A stretch of 64,000 nt of DNA. Source: Octopus bimaculoides. Taxonomy: Eukaryota. Below are positions 23,247 to 38,199 of the stretch, in pieces; position 1 is the first letter of the stretch; the number at the start of each line of letters is the position of its first letter. The position numbers and the translations under genes were made by a program. Below the pieces are notes generated by a model. That model searched no databases. It was not told the DNA's origin and worked only from the letters and a program-made list of their open reading frames with translations. The stretch covers positions 41,623,796 to 41,687,795 of the forward strand of contig NC_068982.1 of NCBI RefSeq assembly GCF_001194135.2, given 5' to 3'.

Positions 23247-24269
23247 CTACAAAAAAAAAGTAAAACACAAACACGAATTATAAGACACATTCAATACCAT
23301 CAACATGTTTAATGTTAGTCTAAGATCATGAAGTTTATGTAGACAACAATACCTTTAAGCTAATTCATAAACTGCCTTTAAACCATTGCTATAAACTAAT
23401 CAAGCTTACCACCAGAATATCCCTACCAGTTTAAGTTCATGATCTGTACATCTTATTTAACTGAATTATGCTTTCTTTGAATTTTTAATTAACAACAAAA
23501 CAGACGACCATGAAACCCATTTCAAAATTGATGAAAAAATAGAGAATATTTGTGAAGAAATCTTTTATAATACTGGTTACATTCTAGTTTTAAGAAAGAA
23601 CTTGAAATCATTTTCAAAAGGAATTTGTCTTCACATTACCACCAACAAAAAATAAAGGCAGATCAAATTATAAATGACTAATGAGCAATCTTTTCTGAAT
23701 TGTTTCTTTGCACAAGATTTTCTTCTACACCAATGCAGTCCAAATTACAATCCCCAACTCCTTCGTGTGACTAATATTGTGAGATGGTCTTAAAAAAACA
23801 AATCAAGCTTCAGACATTGCAGCTGTTCAATTGTTGCAAAAGTAAATGAAGTGCTGAAGAAGTTACATCTGTCAGTTACAGCAACAATGCCAATACATCT
23901 GTTTTTGTTCAATAGTGTTTGGATAGTGGATAAATTTTAGAAGCATTTGGTTGTGTTTCATGCATCTTAGCCAGTTCTAGCAGTTGTTTCTCTATTCAAA
24001 TTACAATAGAAATTTGAAAAAAAATTAATCCACAGTTAGGTTAACTATTGATGAGAAGATCCTACAAATTATGACAAGTATCAAAATAACATAATCCTAT
24101 AATAGTTAATTTTCACAATTTAGAAACCCACTACAATACATACCAATGTTAATCATGAGATTTAGGGAAATAGCAAGAATCCTCTAGAATCAATGAGTTT
24201 TCATTACCTTAACTTTTCAGGATTTTTTATATTATAGCAATGTAGATATGGTAGAAATTCTATACTAAC

Positions 24270-24320
24270 CTGAAGCCCAGAACTGACTTTATTGTTGCCA
24301 TATACTTCAAGGACACGTTG
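24270..24320 (-). CDS. Pep: Pep/CIZ1-like exon 8 (QRVLEVYGNNKVSSGLQ), phase 0 to 0
   Basis: Acceptor TTTATTTCTTCAG, donor CAG|GTTAGT; 51 nt, in frame with its neighbours. No diagnostic motif, so it is supported mainly by splice sites and phase. Confidence 0.68.
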
Positions 24321-25354
24321 CTGAAGAAATAAACATAAAATTCCAAAATAAAACAAAAATCACAACTTTGTATTTTTAATTAGAATTTTGATTCATTGAT
24401 GAAATCACAAGAGAATAAATATATGCAATTTTTTTAAACATTTATTTTTTTTTTTACACCAAAATAGTTTTACAGCACTAGATTATTACATATCAAATAA
24501 TATTTCATCAGTAGATCAAATGATAGCTTTATATGTGTGTGTGTGTGCGTGTGCGTATACATAAGGCCTCACATTTACAAAAGAAATTAGCATATACCTT
24601 TCATGATAAATTGAAGTGATTTCAATCAGGAACCAAAACCATATTGTGAGCTCAACTTACTGAAAGCTTCCCTATAATTTATGACATTTTCCTTTACATA
24701 ATATATCAACACTTTAATTTCTTTAATTGTACAGTTCTTGTCTTGGAGAAGTAAAGTAATTTAATGTAGACATACTGTGTTAAAAAATGGTATTTTCTAC
24801 TTTTAGAACTTTAGATGTATTGGAATAGCTTACCAACTCATATATTCCAATAGAAGAACTATACAACTTATAACCAGCTTCATAGTCCAAGAGTTGGTAT
24901 CATTGATGGAACTACTAGCTCAGTCAGTACCAAGCATTTTTCCCAACATGCAAAAAGTCAACTTTGCATATATGGCTGCACTTTACATTTTATTTAGATG
25001 TAATACCAAACAACTACATTAAACTAGAACAGTGTACATTAGATACAATCTGTTGGATTTTAAATGTGAACTTAAGCAAACTGCCATTGAAACTGAGAAG
25101 ACAGAATATTTCTAATTTTACTAACATGTTTTGTAAAAAGGACCTAAAAGGATCTAATATAAAACTGAATTTACTGTTTTCCTTCTAATATGCAGCTAGT
25201 ATATTCTGCTGTGTAATTATTTACTCTGGATTTTTTCTTTCAGATGTCATACAAAAAGTTAAATTTCCGTCAGCTAGAAAGCATTGAATCTATTTACTAA
25301 TAAATCCAATACAGTAAACTGATTACAATCTTTAAAACTTAAAAACAAAAATAC

Positions 25355-25436
25355 CTGATGTTCTTTAGTCTGTCTGTGTTTATTGTAAGGAATACTGAGA
25401 TTGAGTTCACAAACACTGCAATAATGTTTCTTTAAA
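25355..25436 (-). CDS. Pep: Pep/CIZ1-like exon 7 (LKKHYCSVCELNLSIPYNKHRQTKEHQ), zinc finger 2, phase 2 to 0
   Basis: Acceptor TTTTTCTGTTTCAG, donor CAG|GTATTT; 82 nt; C-x2-C...H-x5-H. Confidence 0.9.
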
Positions 25437-26006
25437 CTGAAACAGAAAAATATATGAACACTAATAATATCACTTTATAAATAAACACAGTCAACCAACT
25501 TGAGGCAACTAAGTTGAAGAAAGAATATTGAATTATTTACAAATACAGTCTTCTCTTGTTTAATAAACAGGCAAACAAAATGAACTCACAAATGCATTAG
25601 CAATAATGAAATAGATTTTACTATAAATATCTACAGAATGAAGAAAAATTAGGTAATATAAAAATCATGATATTACTTAACTATAAATTATTTCAAACCA
25701 AATTTAGGAATAGTCAAATAATTTAATCCAACTTAGATGTTTATGTGACAAGAAATCAATATCTATTGTTCAAGAAACACATTCTCTTAACAGAAGATGG
25801 TCTAATAGAGTTGAACTTTGTTCAAACTTATTAATATCTGGTATTAAACTTATTAATAATATGATATTGAAGCAAAGAGATCATTTAAAACAGATGCTAT
25901 TTTTTAAAAAAGTTATTCATTGGAATCCTACTGAATATAAAATCAATTAACATATTTAAAGACCAATCATTTAAAAGAAATATCATATAAATGAAAATAT
26001 ACATAC

Positions 26007-26152
26007 AGATCACCACCTCTTTTTTCAATATTTCGCAAATGTTCTTCTGCTTTCAACCGGACAAACAACTGTGAAGACTTTTGTTGATGTAAATTAGCAA
26101 GATCATCCATACGAGAACGATGTTTGGTACCACGCATGTGATTTTTAAAGTT
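26007..26152 (-). CDS. Pep: Pep/CIZ1-like exon 6 (NFKNHMRGTKHRSRMDDL...KAEEHLRNIEKRGGD), His half of zinc finger 1 plus helical linker, phase 0 to 2
   Basis: Acceptor TTTTGTTTGTAG, donor CT|GTATGT; 146 nt. F-x2-H-x2-G-x-KH matrin/U1-type signature; the linker resembles Pep KIAEQLKSIE as recalled. Confidence 0.9.
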
Positions 26153-26454
26153 CTACAAACAAAAGCAAAATTACCAAGTATTATTTCCAATTTAGTGTCT
26201 CAAGCAATAAATTGATAGGAAAAATATAAGTTATATACATACACACACATATATATATTCAAAATATATTGCAACTTCATAACCTACATATTATTATAGC
26301 AACACTAGTCTGATATATTACATTTTCTTAATCACAAGACATTAGATGTGACTGTGACCTCTAGACCATCTCCTAACCAACATGACTCTTGGTGAATGAA
26401 TTTACAGCTTCCATATTCTTTCCACCTTAAAAGAACTTGTGCAAAACAAACTGA

Positions 26455-26735
26455 CAACAAGCTTCTCTCTGACATGTTAGAAATTGCAGCCAAATCTCTT
26501 TCAAATCACACCCTTCTTTCCTTACATTGACACCCAGTGACTTCTTCAAGTGTTATATGTCTGTTATGGAATTTTCATAAGAACTTGATCACAACCTGTC
26601 CTAAAAATGAAAGGACAAACTGGATAATGTGGTCCTAAATACAGAATCTGAATTGACAAAAAGGGTAGCTGGTTACAGCTCAAACAACTTTGACCATAGG
26701 TCTGTATTGCTTGAGCTGACCTGGGCTAAACAACT
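26455..26735 (+). mobile_element. SINE-like family G (AAC tail), degenerate
   Basis: GCAGCCAAATCTCTTTCAAATCACACCCT...TTTGACCATAGGTCTG..GACCTGGGCTAAACAAC shared with 33410-33630 (+) and with 11355-11430 and 12960-13110 (-). Confidence 0.65.
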
Positions 26736-29579
26736 TCCCAGGCAAATGTATTTCTAAATCTACATCACCACAGTAAAAATAAAATAAAAATACAAACAAC
26801 ACATATAAGAGAGAAGAAATAAACTATCAATACATTAAAAAATATTTCCTATAAAATATCAATGATTATCATTCAACATTATATCCATAGCAAAAAAACT
26901 ATGCATCACACTTCACAAATAAACTAACACAACAAGTATACACACATTTCAGATATACTCAGACATGCAAAAAGAGTATTAAAATAAACCATCTTTAAGA
27001 AATTTACTTAAATCCTTTCACTGTGGAACTAATAAACAAAGTAGATAAACAGAAATCAAGAAACAAGCAGAATGACAGAAACCATTGTTCTAAGTTTTAC
27101 ATAAAAGCAATGACTTCACTTGGTTAATATTACACCTTTAGTCAAGATACTATATTAAACAAAATAATTAGTTACTAATTATAATGTTTAGGTAGCTGAT
27201 AGTAGATCTCAAAACCAAACAAAAGTATACTCCAAACTAAGATCAAAAATCGCATGCAAAGTGCTATTTTTTTTATAATTTAGCAATGACTATACACAGT
27301 GACTGGCTTAGCTAGGTGGTTGCAATCATAAATCCTAAGCTTTTACTGAGCAAAGAATATTATTGCTTTACTAAAGAATGGGCACCACTTCCATCTCAAA
27401 CTCGAGCAGCAGGTGTTAAGAAAACATAAAAAAGAAGAAAAAAAAAATGACTAGAATGTCAAAATTCAGAACTATCCAATATCAAATGTCCTTGATATTG
27501 TATATCATTACATAGGAAGATAACAATTATCTCAACATAAAACACAGCATAGAAATCGAAAATTCAATATAAGTATATTTATGAATTTAAAACACAAGAG
27601 TCCTGTGGTGGAATGAATCTCATAACCTAAATTCTCAGCAAAACAGTATATGTAAATGAAAGACTATTTTCACAAATTATTCCATTTAGTTCTGCTGCTC
27701 TACCAAAAAATAAAACCTAAAAGCCAATACAAGTTATTTCGCTTATAAGTGGAAAAGCTAATTTGTTTATTGGTACTAGCTGAATAATCATTAAAAATCT
27801 GTTTTTTATAAGAAATATATAAATTCTATGTATTAATAATAGCAGTCTTTAATGAAAAACCTTAATTCCGCATTACATGTGTTTAATATAAGAAATGAGA
27901 AATGTCCAATATATAACAATGTATGCAACATATGTATAGGACAGTCAGCAGAAAATGAGTTTACTCAGAGTAAAATAGCTACATTTTCGCTATAAAAACA
28001 AGAAAGAATGTTACAGTATACAATGATTTGAAAACTATCTAGAAAGGGGTTTCAGTTCAGATCATATACTTTGGAGTCATTTTGATAACTTCAAACATGC
28101 TACTACATGGATTACTTTATTCTTCATACAGTATGGTATTATTAAGGCAATATATAGCTTCATACTATAGAACAAATATTGTTTTAGTTCTTTTACTGTA
28201 GTTATGTCAGGGTACTACTTTCAAAGGTTTACTCAATCGCATATAAATCAACCCCTCAAGACGAGGATGATTGTTCACTAAATTTAAAACTTGGGGATTC
28301 ACATTTGACTATGTAAGCCAATGTAGGATCAAGTCTGCTCAAAATCTGGGTGTTCATGTTGTATGAAAAAAGGCAGTGTATTGGTCACTTTGCACTGCTT
28401 TTTATGCTTATGTTTATGTATATATTTTAAATATTTCTACCAAGATGTAATAATATCCTCTCTTTGTAACCTGAAATTTGTTCTTTAAATTTCTTGTTTT
28501 CAATATTCAAAATGTATAAATCAAATTGAAAGAAACAATTCATATTTTTAGATATACCTATTTCATCTCAAAAATGGAAGAAATAAAGACTCAAAATAAG
28601 TACAGAATGGAAATATATTGATGATGCATATCACAAAGATGAGGTGAGATTTTTATGGAATTAGTCATTTAAGTTTACAACTGCAAAACAGTCAAGTCAA
28701 ATCTAATTTCTGGTGGCCCAATGGAACCATACCCACAAAACTCTCCTAGTACATTAGAAAGTTGGTTTGCCATTGCCACCCTCTGAAGTTCAGTTTTCTC
28801 CTATAGGAATACAAGAACTCAGTACTAATTTACAGTTTAGGTGGACAGAACCATTTTGAGAGTAAAACCAGTAACAGAATGTGGAATGATATAGCTTTGA
28901 AGCTATAACTTAACATACAGTCGTTCCTGCACCCAACTTTTTTTTACATTTCAATACTAATTGTATCAAAATTGATCTTATGCAGTTTTAAAATGTGAAT
29001 ATAGAAGATTTCTTAGGCAATCTGCCATTTACACTCTTCCTCCAAACATGAGTAACAGTCAGTGACTGAGTCCATGATATGATTGAAGTAATTTACACTT
29101 CCATACTCAATCTAACTGATAAGTCATAATGATGAATGAGTTTGAATCAATTAAAAGTTTTAAAATCATAAACAAATCATTTTTCAGTCAACAATAAAAG
29201 ACCAACAACCACTTATATAATGTCTTTATCTTCTATTTTTACAGATACTTGACAAGCTCCTACTTTGCATACTATTTTGTTGCATTATAAAGAATCACAA
29301 GAAAACTTAAGCCATACTGATTAGTAAAATTGAAGAAATTCACTTTCTTTTACAGAATGCACCATGAAGATAATTTTTTTGAAGCACAATAACCCTTTCG
29401 CGAGTATACTACTAATGAAATAAAAGCCTACTTGTTTTTAATTTAGATTGAAAATAATCAAATATATGCAAGGAGTGAGTAAATAACCTTCACATTATTA
29501 AGCTGGTGTTCTAAACATGTGCATCCCAGTTTTTGGAATAGGGACTGTGTATTCCTGCATGTAACAAGAGGTGACTCAA

Positions 29580-29795
29580 CCCTTTAGCATTCAGATTACT
29601 GTCAAATGTAAGGCCCATTTATTCAGATTGTTTTGACTTAATCATTCATCATTTCATAGCTTCAAAATTTTGATGATGCAAATGTTTATTTTTAGAATGA
29701 CATTGTAGGGTAGGTGAGAGGCAGGATCTGGCCAATTTGACCATAAAACAGGTAGAATATTTGAGCCAGATATGACCAGTTTAAATGCTAAAGGG
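29580..29795 (-). mobile_element. piggyBac-like MITE, inverted relative to the other copies
   Basis: CCCTTTAGCATT / AATGCTAAAGGG TIRs; TTAA at 29796-29799; internal sequence is the reverse complement of the 8996 copy. Confidence 0.8.
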
Positions 29796-32700
29796 TTAAA
29801 GCAATTAACATTAAGAGGGACATCCAGTCATAAATAACTCGCAAAAAGTTCACTCCAGCTCATGACAGCATGGATAAACGAACTTGAAAATTATGATGAT
29901 GTTTCAAGTAATTCAAGGTTCTTACATATAATTATCATGGAAAGTTTTTATTTAAACATGATCACCTTAAAATGAAAGAGTTTATATCACAGAAGCACAA
30001 GTGATTTCTGGCTCAGTGGTATTGAAAGGGTTCAGATATCTTACTTCACACACATGTAAACTACATGGCAGGGCACAAGTAAAACTTCAAGAGTTGTAAA
30101 CAAAACTTGTATATTTGTACTTTCCAAATTTCCAGTGGCAAGAAGCTTCAGTTACAAAATGAAATATTTTAAGCACTAATTTAATTTTAAGTACGAAAAT
30201 TGATGTTTGAAGCTGTTCTTGAATTCTTATGATACAAGAGAAATTTACAAACAAATCAATTTTTATCCAACAAATGTGTATTATCATCTTTTAATCATCT
30301 TTAAATAAAACAAATTTTAATAGCTGAATTCTTTGTAACATTTTACTTTATTTAGCTTCAAATAGTTTCTAATTTCTTAATACACATATTAAAGTAGTTA
30401 GCTTTAGTAGATTGGATAAGAAAAAAAGACATCGCTAAGAGAGATCTCTAAGACATTACTTTCTGAGCTTATCTCCAACTACAAGATAGAAAGTAGCAAA
30501 ACTGTCTGAAATTATCAGGAAACATATCGTAAAGCAATGCACTTCTACAAACAGAAAAGCAAAATAAACCAATAGATAGAACAATTGTTGGGTACAAATA
30601 CCCAACAAGTACCTTATCTTGACTATTCAAAAAATGCAGACCAGATGATGTTATAATATACAAACAACCTTGAGTCAGAAGGTAAAATATGGTGGTCACT
30701 TTCTTCCAAAGCTACAAAACTTTCATGGGATGTCAAAAAGGGTGTAAAGATCAAATGCATTCAAAAAGAGTTACTTTTCTGTCAAACTTCTGTGAGGTCT
30801 TCATATTTTTTGAAGATAAAAAAAGCATAGATACTGCTTATAGTGTGACACAAGTAAAACCAAATATCCAGTAAAATTATAACAGTATGAAGAATGCAAG
30901 ACGTCCTCAAATCTTTGCAAAAGCAATCCAAGTAGAACAAAGACCTTCAGAGATCATATGACTGGACAGTAATTTGTTAGGTATATCTTATACTATCGTT
31001 TTCTTTCTCATTCATTCCTCTGTGCTACACTGAATGAAGTGTTCCTCTTTCTGTAGTTGAGAGTATTAACAAAACCTGTTGTCAGTCAAGAAAGCTAAGA
31101 CAAACAGGCTTTGTAACAATAATTTTCTCAAGAATTAGAAATTTTAAGCTGAATATTTTTTAATTTATCTCATCAGTCCAGTCTCCCATGGTCATGAATG
31201 CTGCCTCCCTTCCTCTGACCATTAATAAAATATACATATATATGAATATGCTTGTGTGTACTTTTGTCTTGACACCATGGTTGTAAATGAGCATCACCAT
31301 CCTACAAGTGGTGTTGTTCATTTCCAGTCTTCTGTGAAAAACATGTCTGGCCAGTGGAGAATATTATCTTGGTTGATTACAGGTGAGAGGTGGTGACAGG
31401 AAGGGCATTTGGACATAGAAAAATGTACCTCAATAAATTCTGTCTGACCCATGCAAGATTGAAAATGCAGATGCTAAATGAAGGTGATTATGAAAATAAT
31501 TTATGTAGGGGATGCAGAGCATATTAGTAGTTTAATACAAACCATAAAAACTTTAACAACAAACACAATACAAACCATAAAGCAAAGATGTATTTATATC
31601 CGTTATGCAAAAACTTCTTTGTATAAACTCACTGTCACCATTTTGTAAGAGTAATCACTTTTCAATAGCAATCATAAACTGTACAAGGAGAGAGGATTGA
31701 AGGAAAACCAAGGAAATGTTTTCAGATCAACTGACATTCTAAGATTATCCAAATAGTCTATCTCAGATATTTCTGTGGTTGCAAATGTCAATGGATCATA
31801 GAAAGAGAGAAACTGAATTAGAGGGATAAATCTTCAAGAGTCACTGACCAAGAATCTTCATAGGACACATTTCCTTTGTAAAAGAAACATTATAATGCCT
31901 AAGCTTTTGAAAATATGGAAGACCAGAGAACTCTCAAAGCATTATAAGCATTATTATAATACCTTCTTCTTTATGATGTTATAACTGTGTCTTCACCAAT
32001 ACTTACTTTTAATTGTTTTGCAATATACTTTTAAAGTATATTACAAAACAATTGGAAATACTGGAAAATTTATTAAGCCTAAACACAAATACACACATCA
32101 CATACACACAAGTATAAACAATATACAATGCACAAACACGCACATGCATACAATCTATATACAGCACATGAATACACAGTTAATAAAAGCACACACAAAT
32201 GTGCGTATAGTGAAAGGTATACATGACTTACAACTTAATCAAATTATATAAACAATATACATCACAAACACATGTACTTACACAAAATATACATCACACA
32301 CTTCCACTTAAGTACAGGTGGCAATATAGATACTGCACATGTACACATGTATGTACAGTCAATATTTGTAAAACACACACACACAAACACAGGCTATTCA
32401 CATATTGTTTGAAGACAGAATCACTTGCAGGCAATATACACTACATGCATACACATGTGTACATAAAAACAATATAATTACAAAGAATATATACAAAAGA
32501 GAAATACACACTGCACAAACAGATTAATATGTACGTATAATACACATTACACATGCACACGCATACAAGTAATATATGCTTACACACACATCTGCAATAT
32601 GCACTACACACATGTACAAGACTATATTATTTACATGAGATAATATACCTAGCACACATAAACACAGACATTATATACACAAAAAATAAACAAATATTTA

Positions 32701-33409
32701 TTTTGTGTATAAAATATAGACACAAAAAAAAAATGTCTATGTGTGCAGTAGATATATGCATAGTAATATCTTCTAAATGGTATAGAACTTGAAGGTGAAA
32801 TTATGTCTGGCTAAACAAAAGAAATATGTTGCAAAAATTCAATTCTTTACAGCCAAAGGATTACTGTCTGATAAATGCAGAGAATTAAAAATGTGTGAAG
32901 CAGGCTGTCAGTAAGTAACAAAACTAGATTAATTATGTAATAAAAGCCTTATTTTACTGAAAATATATACAACTGAAGAAAATTGCACTCAAGCAGCCTC
33001 AAAGATAAAGAAAAGAAAATCAATAAAACATTTTTCTTTCCTTTTCAACATATGTGGCAGACATAAATGATTGTTTTAGAAGGGTTCTAATTTTTTTTCA
33101 CTATACAAGTTAGGCAGAAAAATTCTTTCTTGTGAGTAAATTTGTTATAAGAGCAAGTATTAGAACATTGATAACCATCATATCTGCAGTTCAAAAGCTT
33201 TGAGAGAAAAGTATAATACAAGAAAACAGATATTGTAAGAAAGAATTAAACAGAGACATTGAAAGGATATTAAAATGATAAAAGCATGCATGTATAAATA
33301 TCCATGTTTAAAGAAATTGAAGTAAAATGGTTTTATAAATGAAGGAAAGAATGGATAGTGGCTTTTACTAAAACAGTTAATGTACCAAAGAATTCACAAA
33401 ATAGAGCAC

Positions 33410-33630
33410 AAGCCAACAAGGGAACCTCAATGTGGTTGTTTGACCTGCTAGAAACAGCAGCCAAACCTCTTTCAAATCACGCCCTGCCATCTTAAAAAGA
33501 GACACGTTGGATAAGTGGTTCTAGGTTCCCTGCACATAGGAAAAAAATGGGATGGTCACGGCTGGAATGCCTTTGATCATAGGTCTGCTCAATCAGGGTT
33601 GACCAAGGGTTACACAACAACAAAAACAAA
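33410..33630 (+). mobile_element. SINE-like family G 3' part with (AAC)-rich tail
   Basis: GGAACCTC..TGTGGT..GACCTGCTAGAAACAGCAGCCAAA...GCTGGAATGCCTTTGATCATAGGTCTGCTC..ACAACAAC. Confidence 0.7.
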
Positions 33631-33902
33631 ACGGAGCATAGCCAAAACCTAAAAGAACAAGGAATAAATTCAAAATGCAAAAGGAAATATTTATAATTAA
33701 GTACACCTAAGTATAATATATGCAGAAACAGAGATAACTTGGAGAAGTAGAGGAAGTAGTTTACTTAATTTGAAACAAATTTCAATGAACTATGTCGTGA
33801 GTGGTGAAAAATTCCCAGTCATAAAATGGATGAGAAAGTAGGGGTTTTTTTTTTCTGTGTGTGCATTTCTAACCAATGGTAGTAATGAATAATATTAGCT
33901 AC

Positions 33903-33995
33903 CTTGTTGTTATAACATTCCACAATGCAGGCATGACAGAAATACTGAGACTTTTTGTCAGAACTATCAGCTTTCTCACCATCACTACCAGAGTC
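33903..33995 (-). CDS. Pep: Pep/CIZ1-like exon 5 (DSGSDGEKADSSDKKSQYFCHACIVECYNNK), Cys half of zinc finger 1, phase 0 to 0
   Basis: Acceptor TTTTATTTTCCAG, donor AAG|GTAGCT; 93 nt. YFC-x2-C joins the His half in the next exon. Confidence 0.88.
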
Positions 33996-35698
33996 CTGGA
34001 AAATAAAAGTATGTAAACAATTGATGTGTAAAGAGAAAGAAAGGTTTTTTTTTTTTTTTACTACATGAGATACCTTCTAACCCTATCCTACATTTCTGTA
34101 AATATAGCCAGTAAAATTGCAAACAGCAAATAATACTCAAACAAGCATCAAAAGGGAATTTTCAGAGATGGTGTGGCAAGAATAACATTCAAATAAACAG
34201 CATTTAAAATAATAAAAATGCATATCTAATAACAGTATCCAAACCAATTTTCCTAAATTAAATATGAGCACCTTTCAATCCCAAAGTAATAAGATTAATT
34301 GTAGATCTATACAAATCAAGGCTTGAAAGACTGACTTTGGCACATTGAATTAATGTATTTGATTTTTGGATTTTGTCTACATAAGTTAAGTATTTGGTTA
34401 GACAATTTTGGTTGGTAAATCATAAAAGGAAATTTTATTTCTAAATCTTGGAAAAAAAAACTATTAAAAAAAAGCACTTGACATTGTGTGATGGTGCCTA
34501 AATGTCTACTATAGAAATGCATCTAACTGGTGAATAGTTAATGCTTCTATATCTTTAAAACCCAAGCAGTTGAGAACAATTTCTTAGAGAACAACAAAAA
34601 TTAGTTTGAGTGAAGAGGAGTGGAGCATTTACTGATTGAGAGGCTAATATACAATTAACATGCAATATGTGAGTGAAATGGTCACTTGTGAATTGAGAAA
34701 ATTGCAACTGTTAATTATTTGCAGAAACTTTTGAAAGACTTGTTTATGTTCAAAAATTTAGGTGTGGTATAAAATCAATGATGTTAACTTAATTTCAAAA
34801 TGATATTAAAGAAAGGTTTTATGTACAAATGGATGACATGCAAAACAAGATGGGTCCAGGCCATATAAATATACTTATTTTGCAAAATAAGTATCTGATA
34901 ATTAATTTGCCATTTAATATTGAATTTTAGCAATATATCAGAATTCAAAATGTTAAGTGGAAAAAGTATGACTTTATACTAAGCAATATGTAAACTGTAT
35001 AAAAGTAAAAGAATATTATGAAGTATTTATCAAGTCTCTAAGCCTTCAAAAAATATATGATTTACAAAAGCTTTACAAATATTGACTAGAAAATATATTT
35101 TTCATTAGATTCTCAGTTATGATTCATGTTACTTTACATAAACTGCCCTTTCTCATGTTCAATTTGTGAAGAAATAATTTTCAATTAAGCATTTTTGCTA
35201 AGAAAAAAACATAGAGAATGTATTTCCATGTTTTCAGAGATACTAATAATAAAGGCCATAAAATATATTGTGGCTTACACATTATAAAAACATTGAATAT
35301 ACAAGGAACATGTAAAATAGAAATGATACTTTCATATAAGTTGTTGCACAAAGCAGTAATGGGAAATAGATTTTAGATGAGTTCAGAAACATTTGGGACG
35401 TATCTGAACTTGTAAAGGTCTTTTCGCTGCAGTTTGCCATGGAGAACAAATTTTCACATTAGACAAAAAGATATAAGAATCACATAGTGGAAGTCAAAGC
35501 AGATAAAGCTATAGATGATAGTGTGTAGAATATTGGGTTATAAACCACATAAATGAAAAAAGTTGAGGGCTACCATGATGAAAATACATATATAGAGACA
35601 CAGGAAGTCTGTTTTCCTAACTACATAATTTCAGATTTAGCCCTAGACTGACCAAAGCCTTATGAGTAGATTTGGTACATAGACACTGAAAGAAGCCC

Positions 35699-35735
<37 letters not shown>

Positions 35736-35793
35736 TGGTGTCTGGTGCAGCCTTCCAGTATGGACAACAGACGTTAAATGATGATGGAGATGA

Positions 35794-35824
<31 letters not shown>

Positions 35825-35828
<4 letters not shown>

Positions 35829-36560
35829 GTCATTGTCCTTTAACAAGTCTTTTTCCATGCTGGCATGGGTTGGATGGTCTGACGAAGGACAAGCCGGAAG
35901 GCTCCACAAGATTTTATGTCTGCTTTGGTGTGGTTTCAACAGCTGGATGTCCTTCCTAATGCCAACCACTTAAGAGTGTACTGAGTGCTTTTCAGCACTG
36001 GTGAGGTCGCCAAATATCCACATGATAAGACCTTCAACTGAGTGGGATATAGAATAGAGGGATAAGAAACTGTGATACAAGGTCAAAGCGCAGGTGTCTT
36101 GCTGAAGAGGTGAATACATGGCTTGCATTTGAGAGAGAGATGTGTGGTCCGGGTACAAAGTGAATATGAGACAGAACAGGATAAAAGAACAGAAAAAATG
36201 GATATGTAGGTAAATGCGCTGAGTAAAAAATAATGTGACAGAAGATTAGAGATAGGAAATGAGTTGAACACAGAAAATATCAGTTCAACAGAGAAGGGTG
36301 TGAAGGAAATAGGGTAACATGAATGAATGTTAGAAGATGAGTTGAGGGAAGGCTTTGACAGAATCTCAATTCTGCTGAGATGGATGAGTCTTCTCAAGCA
36401 CAGCATATCACCATGCATCTCAGTTACCATCATTTCTTCTGAGAGGATCAACATCCTGAGGTCAGTCTTCACCACTTTGTCCCACATCTTCCTCTTCCAC
36501 ATTTAGTGAATGACACTGTATTCAGCTATCCTCATCCATCTACATCACATGACCATACCC
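35825..36560 (-). mobile_element. 5'-truncated RTE LINE 3' end (ORF C-terminus + 3'UTR)
   Basis: Broken translation WYGHVM..MWDKVVKTDLRML followed by the family 3'UTR and tail. Confidence 0.7.
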
Positions 36561-37179
36561 CATCACATAACCACATCTGATGCCATTTATGCCTAAATTA
36601 TATAAGTGTGTGTGTGTGTGTGTGTGCGTTACTGTCTCCTTGCCTTGATTTTATGATATGGTTGTAAATGAAGGTTACTATCAAGCAAACAGTGACCCTT
36701 ATTTCCAATCTTTCATGAAAAATGTGCCTGGCCATCGGGTACCTTACTTGAAAACAAGAAAAGGTTGGTGACAGGGAGAGTCTGGCTGAAGAAAATCTGC
36801 CTCAACATATTCTGCTCAACCCATGCAAGCATGGGAAAATGGACATATCAGTTATGATGATGCAGACAATACACTCTCTTGTCTATGTGTATTTGCTATC
36901 AATATTTGAACAGATGTGTGAGAAAGATTTGTGGTGAATAAAGGGAAGACAAGAGAAATGAAATATATAATCTTGGGTATCAAATGCTCAAGCTTCATAA
37001 AAAATAACAGTTTTTGATTTATGTGCAAAAATATGCTTTTTTGATAATTGGAATAGAAAAAAATCCATTAAAAGCAAAACCAGAACAGAAAGGTTGCAAA
37101 AGCTTTAACACACAGCAGCCTTAGTGTAAACAAGACTGGACACAAAATTTATTTAAAAAAAAAAAAGAAAAAAAAAAAG

Positions 37180-37258
<79 letters not shown>
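37180..37258. repeat. (TA)n microsatellite
   Basis: Seen directly; similar TA/TG tracts at 13735-13795, 41213-41287 and 5224-5260. Confidence 0.95.
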
Positions 37259-37262
<4 letters not shown>

Positions 37263-38199
37263 GTAAAGTACAAATATGCATCTCTGAAGAAAACTAATAT
37301 ATACTTCAATGTAATGAAAATTGAAATTCATGTAAACTGTTCTAAAATGAAAATCATGGCAGTAAAATGAATATTTTCAAAATCTGTTAATTTTTATGCA
37401 AGAAAATCAAGTACATCAAGCAGAGCTGTTAATTTTATTATAAACTACAGCATTTTGATATTTTGTGTTTTATAAAAAATAACGAGACTTTGAATAAACA
37501 CTTGAGTAATGACTCTACAGCATTTCTTCCCCCTTCTTATACATAAATAATGAAATATGATCAGAGTTGAACAAGTGAAGCTTCAGAGAAAACAAAATTA
37601 GATATAATAAACAAGCTCATGATAATCTGGACCATGACATCACAGAGAAAAAGAGAACATTAAGAGAATAAACAAGCAGAAAATAATCTGACTTTACATT
37701 TAACATTATGTACTAATCCTCATTTATTTCCCTTTTTGAAAAAAATATGAATTCTAAGTATCTATATTCAAAATAATCAATCTATCCAGTACTGGATATA
37801 CAAACTCAGGAAACAGAAATTTCCCTGCCAAAAAAATAAATAAAAAGCATTCAGTTTTGATAAATATACTTAGTTTTAGTTAATAATAAAATCTATTATG
37901 TATATCATCAGCGCTTAATAAGTTATTACTTTCATGATAATGCAAATGTGCAGAGCAAACAATGTTAGCAAATGTATATTCTTTTATTGATTTGTACCAG
38001 TCACAACAAAGGGAACTGACCACATAGCTAACTATTTAGTATAAGTTTTGACATTGATTTCATTGGAAAAAAAAGGAGGGAAGCCAACTTAAAATAATAT
38101 GCAGTCCAATAAATTTTCATCTCTAAAGTATATGCATGTAACTCTTTATCAACAGATATATCAACAAAGCAGTAAGAGCAATAGAACAATAGTAGGAGA

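Noticed and set aside
23247-25354. Search for a fourth, Pep-like zinc-finger exon between fingers 2 and 3
   Set aside because: No AG/GT-flanked segment encoding C-x2-C was found in these introns; a donor at about 24833 has no finger-like upstream frame.
32018-32792. His/Thr-rich ORFs
   Set aside because: Decayed CA/TACA simple-repeat region, antisense to the host intron.
34074-34095. 22-nt AG/GT-flanked candidate microexon just upstream of exon 5
   Set aside because: Frame-shifting, weak donor (GTATCT) and only 78 nt from the next acceptor; not needed for the model. Junction reads would be required.
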